Shown: piece by piece, positions 57,240 through 64,000 of the stretch
Numbering within the stretch: position 1 is the first letter of the stretch
Layout of the letters: each line of letters starts with the position of its first letter
Source of the DNA: an uncultured Pseudomonadota bacterium
Lineage (GTDB): Bacteria > Pseudomonadota > Alphaproteobacteria > JACZXZ01
Direction: 5' to 3'
Assembly: GCA_963749075.1 (NCBI GenBank)
Contig: CAVVLJ010000021.1
Coordinates: 608,001 to 672,000, forward strand
DNA: 64,000 nucleotides
The notes under the pieces: generated by a model
What the model was told of the DNA's origin: nothing
Seen by the model: only the letters and a program-made list of their open reading frames with translations
Databases searched by the model: none
Made by a program: the position numbers and the translations under genes

Positions 57240-57949
57240 GTGCTCGCCTCGGCCAGCGCCTCCATCCGGGGCTCTCCCCGGTAGCCGCAGGCCGCAAGCG
57301 CTGCGAGCATGTGGGCGGGCGGCGCTGCCGTTGCGGCGATGGGCGGCCTCGCGGGATAGAGCGGGATCGCCACCGCGCGCGCGTGGAGGTGGAGGGGGCG
57401 GGCGCCGGCGTTATCTCCGCCATAGACGCCGTCGCCGCGCACCGGGCAGCCGAGTGCCGCGAGATGGACGCGGATCTGGTGGGTGCGGCCGGTCAGCGGC
57501 CTGAGCTCGAGCCAGGCGATTCCGGGGGCCGTGCCAAGGACGCGGTAGTCGGTCACCGCCGCCTGGCCCGCGGCATCGACCGCCATGTGCCAGCCGTGCC
57601 CGGGCGTGCGCTTCTTGAGCGGCAACGCGATGCGGCCGGCGGGCTCGGGCGGCTCTCCGTCGGTCACCGCCCAATAGGTCTTCTCGACGCGGCCTTCTGC
57701 GAAGAGGCGGCCCAGGCGTGCCAAGGCCTTGCGGTGCCGGCCGAGCACGAGGCAGCCGCTGGTGTCGCGGTCGAGGCGGTGGGCGAGGGAAGGCGGGCGC
57801 GGCAGGCCGAAGCGGAGTGCGGCGAAGAGCGCCTCGAGATTGGCGCCGCCCTTGGGCCCCGCATGCACGGCAAGCCCGGCCGGCTTGTCGATGATGAGGA
57901 CGAGGCCGTCGCGGTAGAGCACGCGGGCCTGCAGCTCCTCGGGAGTCAT
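57236..57949 (-). CDS. RluA-family pseudouridine synthase
   Basis: DKPAGL, HRLDRDTSG, TGRTHQIRVH and LHLHA motifs. Confidence 0.94.
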   Translation of the reverse strand: MTPEELQARVLYRDGLVLIIDKPAGLAVHAGPKGGANLEALFAALRFGLPRPPSLAHRLDRDTSGCLVLGRHRKALARLGRLFAEGRVEKTYWAVTDGEPPEPAGRIALPLKKRTPGHGWHMAVDAAGQAAVTDYRVLGTAPGIAWLELRPLTGRTHQIRVHLAALGCPVRGDGVYGGDNAGARPLHLHARAVAIPLYPARPPIAATAAPPAHMLAALAACGYRGEPRMEALAEAST

Positions 57950-58536
57950 GGCGGCGCCGGACGCAGCGCTCGGATGCGCCAGGCATTGCCCGAGGCCTTG
58001 TGGCTTACGAACACCTCGTCGAGGGTCTCGTAGGGTGGTGCCGCGAGAGCGGACCACAGCGCGTCGATCTTGCGGTCGAAGCTGCCGCCCTCGGGGCGCG
58101 CGCGCGTGATGGAGACGATGAGCACGCCTTTGGGCGCGAGATGTGCCGCGTAGCGTGCGATCTCGCCCAAGGGGTTGCTGAGGAAATAGACCACCTCGTT
58201 GAAGAGGATGGCGTCGTAGCGCTCGTCCGCGGGCGGGCTGAAGGCCTCGGCCGAGGCTACGACGAAGCTCGCGCGCGGGTCGGCGAAGGGCACGGCCTCG
58301 ATCGCCGCTGCGGCGAAGTCGACGCCGGTGTAGGCGACGAGGCAGGGCTCGTCGAGATGCTGGAAGAGCTGCCCGCTGCCGCAGCCGATGTCGAGCACGC
58401 GCCCGCCGCCGAAGAGCCGCACGTAGAGCGCCGCCACCGCGAGCCGCGCCTGCTCCTTGGGCGCCCCAAGATAGCTCCAGCGTCCGGCGCGGTAGTCGCG
58501 GTCCCAGCTTGCGGGCTCGCTCTCAGCAATCGCCAT
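57946..58536 (-). CDS. Class I SAM-dependent methyltransferase
   Basis: VLDIGCGSG and YDAILFNEVVYF motifs. Confidence 0.85.
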   Translation of the reverse strand: MAIAESEPASWDRDYRAGRWSYLGAPKEQARLAVAALYVRLFGGGRVLDIGCGSGQLFQHLDEPCLVAYTGVDFAAAAIEAVPFADPRASFVVASAEAFSPPADERYDAILFNEVVYFLSNPLGEIARYAAHLAPKGVLIVSITRARPEGGSFDRKIDALWSALAAPPYETLDEVFVSHKASGNAWRIRALRPAPP

Positions 58537-58669
58537 GGTCACTCCTCGCGCGGCTGCCGGGATTTGTAACACTCAACGCCGGCCGCGAACAGCGCTCGCC
58601 CGCTTGCCGGCCCGCGGGCGGGGGACTAAGGTGGGCGCCAAATCAGTCCCAATTCCGAGGAGACGCGCC

Positions 58670-60169
58670 ATGGCCGAGATGCTGTCCGCCGAGGACTGGA
58701 AGCGCAATGCTGCCCGTCTCGCCTTCCCCAAGCAGGCCTTCATCGACGGCAAGTACGTCGATGCCGCCTCGGGCAAGACCTTCGATTGCGTCAACCCGGC
58801 GACGGGCGAGGTGCTCGCCAAGATCGCCGCCTGCGATAAGGAGGACGTGGACCGCGCGGTCGCGGCGGCTCGGCGCGCCTTCGAGTCCGGCAAGTGGTCG
58901 CGCCTGGCGCCGGCCCAGCGCAAGCGGCGCTTGCAGAAGCTCGCCGAGCTCATGCTCAAACACGCGGGCGAGCTCGCGCTCCTCGAGACGCTCGACATGG
59001 GGAAGCCCATCCGCGACAGCTCGGCGATCGACGTGCCGGGTGCCGCCAACTGCATCGCCTGGAACGGCGAGGCGATCGACAAGCTCTATGACGAGGTGGC
59101 ACCGACCGATCCCAACGTGGTGGCCATGATCACGCGCGAGCCGCTCGGCGTCGTCGCTGCCGTGGTGCCGTGGAACTTCCCCCTCCTCATGGCGTGCTGG
59201 AAGATCGGCCCGGCGCTCGCCACCGGCAACTCGATGGTGCTCAAGCCCGCCGAGCAGTCGCCGCTCACCGCCTTGCGGCTCGCCGAGTTGGTACTCGAGG
59301 CCGGCATCCCCGAAGGCGTCTTCAACGTAGTCCCCGGCTTCGGCGAGACCGCGGGCCAGGCCATCGGGCTTCACATGGACGTGGATGCGGTCGCCTTCAC
59401 CGGCTCGACCGAGGTCGGCAAGCTCTTCCTGCAATACGCCGGCCGCTCGAACATGAAGCACGTCTCGCTCGAGTGCGGCGGCAAGACGCCGCACATCGTG
59501 ATGGCGGACTGCCCGGACCTCGAGAGTGCCGCCAAAGCCGCGGCCTTCGGCATCTTCTTCAACCAGGGCGAGGTGTGCAACGCGGGCTCGCGCCTGCTCG
59601 TCGATGCGCGCATCAAGGACGCCTTCCTCGAGAAGGTGGTGGCCGTCGGCCAGCGCCTGCAGCCCGGCGATCCGCTCGATCCCAAGACGCGCATGGGCGC
59701 CATCGTCGACAAGACCCAGCTCGAGCGCGTGCTCGGCTACATCGAGGCGGGGAAGAAGGAGGGCGCCGAGCTCAAGATGGGGGGCAAGCAGGCGCGCGCC
59801 GAGACGGGGGGCTATTACGTCGAGCCCACCGTGTTCGACAAGGTGGAGAACCGCATGAGGATCGCCCAGGAGGAGATCTTCGGGCCGGTGCTATCGACCA
59901 TCACGTTCAAGGACGCCGAGGAGGCGGTGCGCATCGGCAACGACACCATCTACGGCCTCGCCGCCGCGGTGTGGACGCGCGACGTGAACACCGCACTCCG
60001 CACCGCCAAGGCGCTCCGCGCCGGCGTGGTGTGGGTCAATTGCTTCGACGAGGGCGACATGTCGACCCCCTTCGGCGGCTTCAAGCAGTCGGGCTTCGGC
60101 CGCGACAAGTCGGTCCACGCGCTCGCCAAATACACCGAGCTCAAGACGACGTGGATCAGGCTGCAGTGA
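58670..60169 (+). CDS. Aldehyde dehydrogenase (PuuC-like)
   Basis: PWNFPL, KPAEQS, FTGSTEVG, LECGGK, NQGEVC and EEIFGPV motifs. Confidence 0.95.
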   Translation: MAEMLSAEDWKRNAARLAFPKQAFIDGKYVDAASGKTFDCVNPATGEVLAKIAACDKEDVDRAVAAARRAFESGKWSRLAPAQRKRRLQKLAELMLKHAGELALLETLDMGKPIRDSSAIDVPGAANCIAWNGEAIDKLYDEVAPTDPNVVAMITREPLGVVAAVVPWNFPLLMACWKIGPALATGNSMVLKPAEQSPLTALRLAELVLEAGIPEGVFNVVPGFGETAGQAIGLHMDVDAVAFTGSTEVGKLFLQYAGRSNMKHVSLECGGKTPHIVMADCPDLESAAKAAAFGIFFNQGEVCNAGSRLLVDARIKDAFLEKVVAVGQRLQPGDPLDPKTRMGAIVDKTQLERVLGYIEAGKKEGAELKMGGKQARAETGGYYVEPTVFDKVENRMRIAQEEIFGPVLSTITFKDAEEAVRIGNDTIYGLAAAVWTRDVNTALRTAKALRAGVVWVNCFDEGDMSTPFGGFKQSGFGRDKSVHALAKYTELKTTWIRLQ

Positions 60170-60186
60170 CGCGTCGCCTATGTGTC

Positions 60187-60212
60187 TCCCTCTCCCGCAC
60201 GCGGGAGAGGGA
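60187..60212. repeat. REP/CIR-like hairpin between convergent genes
   Basis: TCCCTCTCCCGC-AC-GCGGGAGAGGGA. Confidence 0.6.
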
Positions 60213-60286
60213 CTTATCGCCACTGCCGATGTGCGCTTGAGCTAATCCTCAGAGGGCGAGGGCCGCGGCGAGCGTGCCGCCCGGCA

Positions 60287-60718
60287 TCACTGCGCGCTCT
60301 TCCAGTAGAAGCCCTCGGAGACAGCGCCCTTGGCCGGGACGTCGATGGTCTTGCTGAGCTCGACGCCCTCGGACACGGCTACGACCCGATAGCGCCCGGG
60401 GGCGGCCTTGGCGTAGAAATAAGGTCCCTCCGAGACCGCGTCGACCAGCGTGGTCCCCTTGGCATCGAGGATCTTCACCTTCACGTCGGCGAGGAACTCG
60501 CCCGAGCCCTGGGCCGCGAAGAGGAGGTGCAGGTTGTAGTCGCCCCTCACCTCGCGCAGCATCTCCACGTCGTCGAGGCCGACGCCGCCGCTGATGTAGC
60601 TGACGCCGTTCTGCGTCTCAGCCTGCATGGTGGATTGCGCGCCCGCCGGCACGGCGGCAAGCGAGAGGACGAGGACGAGCGAGAGGACGAGGGCCTTGGT
60701 CATTCCGTTCGACTCCAT
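60287..60718 (-). CDS. Secreted carboxypeptidase-regulatory-like domain protein
   Basis: Signal peptide; YISGGVG...YNLHLLFA...LADVKV...GPYFYAK..PGRY. Confidence 0.75.
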   Translation of the reverse strand: MESNGMTKALVLSLVLVLSLAAVPAGAQSTMQAETQNGVSYISGGVGLDDVEMLREVRGDYNLHLLFAAQGSGEFLADVKVKILDAKGTTLVDAVSEGPYFYAKAAPGRYRVVAVSEGVELSKTIDVPAKGAVSEGFYWKSAQ

Positions 60719-60855
60719 TGTTCCATTGTCCGCGGCGGAGGATTTATCGCCCGAGCAGCTGCCGAGCCGGACGAGAATGCGCGAACATCAAGGCATTTCA
60801 AGGGCAAATGTCGTCGGCGGGGCGACGGGCGGCCGAAGATCCGGCGCGTGCGCGC

Positions 60856-61323
60856 TCAGCGGGTCCGGGCGCCCCGCCGAGGTGCGAGCTCGCTCGCGCT
60901 GACGGCGCGCAGCAGGCTGCGCAGTGCTGCGGCGCGCTTCTGCCCGATCGCCGCCTCGAATTGCGTCTGCGCCTCGGCCCAGGCCTTGACCGAGCCGCGC
61001 AGCCGCGCGGCACCGGCCTCGGTCAGCCGCACGTCCTTGTTCCGCCGATCGCCGCTTGCCGCCGCGACCGTGACGAGCCCGTCGCGCGCGAGCGGCAGGA
61101 TGTTGCGGCCGAGCGTGGTGCGGTCCATGACGAGCTCGGCGGCCAGCGCGTTGATCGTCAGCGGCCCGAGGTGCCTCAGCTTCGCGAGGATCGAGAACTG
61201 CGTGGTGCGCAACCCCGCCGGCGCCAGAAAGCGGTCGTAGAACTGCGTCACGTGCCGGGCCGCCTGGCGCACCGCCAGGCAATTGCACTCCGCCAGCCGC
61301 GGCCGGGCCTCGGCGGGGGTCAT
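60856..61323 (-). CDS. MarR family regulator
   Basis: CNCLAVRQAARHVTQFYD...QFSIL...MDRTTLGRN...LTEAG. Confidence 0.92.
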   Translation of the reverse strand: MTPAEARPRLAECNCLAVRQAARHVTQFYDRFLAPAGLRTTQFSILAKLRHLGPLTINALAAELVMDRTTLGRNILPLARDGLVTVAAASGDRRNKDVRLTEAGAARLRGSVKAWAEAQTQFEAAIGQKRAAALRSLLRAVSASELAPRRGARTR

Positions 61324-61448
61324 GGCGCTCTTCCGGCTGGACAAGTCTCCATAGGCGACCATATTGGGTGCATATACGCTGATGTCAACCGTGTCCGCGA
61401 GGCCGGGGAGCCGCGGGCCGCCGCTCCCTTGCGCAGAAGAGGTGCCGA

Positions 61449-61895
61449 ATGAGCGTCCGCTATCTGGAAGACTTCGCCGTAGGCCAGACCTTCGGCTCGG
61501 AGAGCCTCACCATCGACGAGGCCGCGATCAAGGCCTTCGCCGCCGAGTTCGACCCGCAGCCCTTCCACCTCGACGACGAGGCCGCGCGCGGCACCTTCTT
61601 CGGCGGCCTCGCGGCGAGCGGCTGGCACACTGCGGCCTTCACCATGCGGCTCCTCCTCGCGAGCGACTTCAAGCCGGCCGGCGGCATCCTCGGCGCCGGC
61701 GGCGAGCTCAACTGGCCGCGGCCGGTGCGACCCGGCGACGAGCTCCGCGTCGAGAGCGAGGTGCTCGAGGTGCGGCCCTCGAAGTCGCGGCCCCGGCAGG
61801 GCATGATCAAGGTGCGCACCACGACGCTCAACCAGAAGGGCGAGGCCGTGCAGGTGCTCATCGCCAACCTTCTGGTGCCGCGCCGGCCGGCCTAG
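61449..61895 (+). CDS. MaoC family dehydratase
   Basis: YLEDF.VGQ, FDPQPFHLD, ASGWHT and WPRPVRPGD motifs. Confidence 0.92.
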   Translation: MSVRYLEDFAVGQTFGSESLTIDEAAIKAFAAEFDPQPFHLDDEAARGTFFGGLAASGWHTAAFTMRLLLASDFKPAGGILGAGGELNWPRPVRPGDELRVESEVLEVRPSKSRPRQGMIKVRTTTLNQKGEAVQVLIANLLVPRRPA

Positions 61896-62008
61896 CGGGC
61901 GCTGGCAGAGGGCGCTCCGCGGCCGCCGATCACGCGTTCGAGATTCGCTTTCGCGCCCGCGCCGTGCCAACCTCCGGCTTCGCTCAAGCCTCGCACGGGA
62001 GTTCGCCC

Positions 62009-62752
62009 ATGACCCGCTCCGCCAAGATCCGTCCCATGGCACGGCTCGTCCGCTCGGCCCTGGTGGGAGCGGCGGCGCTCGCCGGACTCGGGCTCGCGAC
62101 ATACGCCTATAGAGGCGCCTACGGCGGCGAGGAGGCGCATCTCGTGCCGCCGCCGGCCGTCGACGAGGCGGCCGGGCCGCAGGCGGCGAGCGAGACCGCC
62201 GTCCTCGCAGGCGGCTGCTTCTGGGGCGTCCAGGGCGTCTTCCAGCACGTGAAGGGCGTCATCAACGCCGTCTCGGGCTATGCCGGCGGGGAGGCGGCGA
62301 CGGCGCACTACGAGATGACCAGCGAGGGCGACACCGGGCACGCGGAATCGGTCGAGATCACCTTCGACCCGCACACGGTGAGCTACGGGCGCCTCCTTCA
62401 GGTCTTTTTCTCGGTGGCCCACGATCCGACCGAGCTCAATCGCCAGGGACCGGACAGCGGCACGCAGTATCGCTCGGCCATCTTCCCGGCGAGCGACGAG
62501 CAGGCGCGCGTGGCGAAGGCCTATATCGCGCAACTCGACAAGGCGCGCGTCTTCGGCAGCGCCATCGTGACCACGATCGAGCCCGGCAAGACCTTCTACC
62601 GGGCCGAGGACTATCATCAGGACTTCCTCACGCGGAACCCCAGCTATCCCTATATCGTCTACAACGATCTGCCGAAGATCGCGAACCTGAAGCGGCTCTT
62701 CCCCGCTCTCTACAGCGCCGATCCCGTGCTGGTCATGGCCGGGCGCTCCTGA
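62009..62752 (+). CDS. msrA: Peptide-methionine (S)-S-oxide reductase with N-terminal signal segment
   Basis: GGCFWG, GHAE, QGPD.GTQYRS and AEDYHQ motifs. Confidence 0.95.
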   Translation: MTRSAKIRPMARLVRSALVGAAALAGLGLATYAYRGAYGGEEAHLVPPPAVDEAAGPQAASETAVLAGGCFWGVQGVFQHVKGVINAVSGYAGGEAATAHYEMTSEGDTGHAESVEITFDPHTVSYGRLLQVFFSVAHDPTELNRQGPDSGTQYRSAIFPASDEQARVAKAYIAQLDKARVFGSAIVTTIEPGKTFYRAEDYHQDFLTRNPSYPYIVYNDLPKIANLKRLFPALYSADPVLVMAGRS

Positions 62753-62772
62753 GGTAGTATGGCCGGCGGGCG

Positions 62773-63048
62773 CTAAGCCGCCGCCCCGCGCCGCTCGCGG
62801 CGGATCAGGTAGAGGTTGCGGATATAGATGAGGAAGCCGCCGGCCTGGCTCACGATGAAGACCGGGTCGCGGCGATAGATGGCATAGGCGAGCACGATGG
62901 CGGAGCCGGCGATGCTCAAATACCAGAAGGCGAGCGGGATGACGCTCCTCCCCTCGCGCTCGCTCGCCAGCCACTGCAGCACGAAGCGCATGCCGAAGAG
63001 CGCCTGGCCCAGGAAGCCGATGCCGATCCAGATCTCTTGCGCGGTCAT
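62773..63048 (-). CDS. Lipid-A-disaccharide synthase N-terminal domain (LAB_N) membrane protein
   Basis: GFLGQALF..RF..QW.ASE...SVIP.AFWY.S...YAIYRRDPVFI. Confidence 0.9.
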   Translation of the reverse strand: MTAQEIWIGIGFLGQALFGMRFVLQWLASEREGRSVIPLAFWYLSIAGSAIVLAYAIYRRDPVFIVSQAGGFLIYIRNLYLIRRERRGAAA

Positions 63049-63051
63049 TAT

Positions 63052-63813
63052 TTACTCCTCGGGCTCGATCGCGGGTGCCGCCTTGCGCCGCATCAGCCAA
63101 TAGACGCCCGCAAGATCGACGATGCCGACGAAGGCCCGGTTGCCGAGCCCGTATTTCGATAGACCTGAGAGCCGCGGCCGGTCCGTCACCTCGACGAAGG
63201 CCACCTTGCCGCCGTCTCGCCGCACGAGGGCGGGGAGGAAGCGGTGGCTGTGGTCGAAGCGCGGCAGGCGGAGGAAGGCGTCGCGCCGGCAGAGCTTGAG
63301 CCCGCAGCCGGTGTCCGGTGTTGCGTCCCTGAGCACGGCGCGCCGCACGCGGTTGGCGATGCGCGAGGAGAGGCGCTTCATGAAGCTGTCCTGCCGCCGC
63401 CGCCGGGTGCCCGCCACCATGGCGAGATCGGCGCCGCCCGGCTCGCTCAATTTGGCGAGGAGGCGAGGGATATCGGCGGGATCGTTCTGCCCGTCGCCGT
63501 CGAGCATGACGAGCCAATGGCCGCGCGCCGCATCGACGGCCGTCCAGAGGGCGAGGCTCTTGCCGCCCTGCTCGCGGTGCCGCACCGCGCGCAAGGCGGG
63601 ATAGCGTGCGCGCGCCGCCTTGAGCCGCGCGGCCGTCGAGTCCGCGCTGGCGTCGTCGCAATAGACGATCTCGAAGGGCTCGCCCAGGCCCTCCATGACC
63701 GGATAGAGCTCGGCGAGCACGGGCTCGATGTTGCCTTCCTCGTTGTAGACGGTGATCACGACCGAATATTTGGGCGAGTCTTTCGCCGGCGGGCTCGGAG
63801 CGCTCGGGGCCAT
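63052..63813 (-). CDS. GT2 polyprenol-phosphate glycosyltransferase (ArnC/DPM-like)
   Basis: SVVITVYNEE, DDASAD, DGDGQNDP and DTGCGLK motifs. Confidence 0.92.
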   Translation of the reverse strand: MAPSAPSPPAKDSPKYSVVITVYNEEGNIEPVLAELYPVMEGLGEPFEIVYCDDASADSTAARLKAARARYPALRAVRHREQGGKSLALWTAVDAARGHWLVMLDGDGQNDPADIPRLLAKLSEPGGADLAMVAGTRRRRQDSFMKRLSSRIANRVRRAVLRDATPDTGCGLKLCRRDAFLRLPRFDHSHRFLPALVRRDGGKVAFVEVTDRPRLSGLSKYGLGNRAFVGIVDLAGVYWLMRRKAAPAIEPEE

Positions 63814-64000
63814 CGTCTCTCTGCTGCTCGCTCTCTCGGACGGCCGGGATGGCAGTGAGGGCTAGCCTGACCTATTCATGACCGTAGCGCGTGTTTCGCC
63901 GGCGCGCACGATTTTTCGCAAGGCTCATGCCGGCCCCCTGCGTCGCGCTCTCGCTGAGGCGGGCGTCCTATGTCTCTTTTGGGTCTTGGTCGGCGATCCG

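Overview
High-GC alphaproteobacterial chromosome segment (Rhodospirillales-like gene order, my inference). In order: the F1 ATP synthase operon atpHAGDC, a ferritin-like gene, two toxin-antitoxin (TA) loci, and a complete type I-C CRISPR-Cas locus (cas3, cas5c, cas8c, cas7, cas4, cas1, cas2, leader, and an array of about 65 repeats and 64 spacers counted by eye). Next is the conserved rplU-rpmA-obgE-proB-proA-nadD-rsfS-rlmH-gpmI-envC-ctpA-deacetylase-rppH block, with two inserted accessory genes. Then tRNA-Ser(CGA) carrying two tandem integrated elements (P4-type tyrosine integrase island and serine recombinase island), and finally housekeeping genes with several decayed TA modules. Main finding: the 460-bp cas3-cas5 gap holds a candidate sigma70 promoter and a crRNA-like unit (exact 3' end of the array repeat, a 22-24 nt pseudo-spacer and a 10-bp hairpin). 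The pseudo-spacer matches a TTT-PAM-flanked site about 40 bp upstream, with mismatches at positions 6, 12, 13 and 18. It is followed by an unannotated 55-aa ORF with a good RBS. This looks like a Cascade-repressed cassette (CreA/CreR-like guide plus a candidate small toxin or effector). All calls were made by eye, with no database searches.
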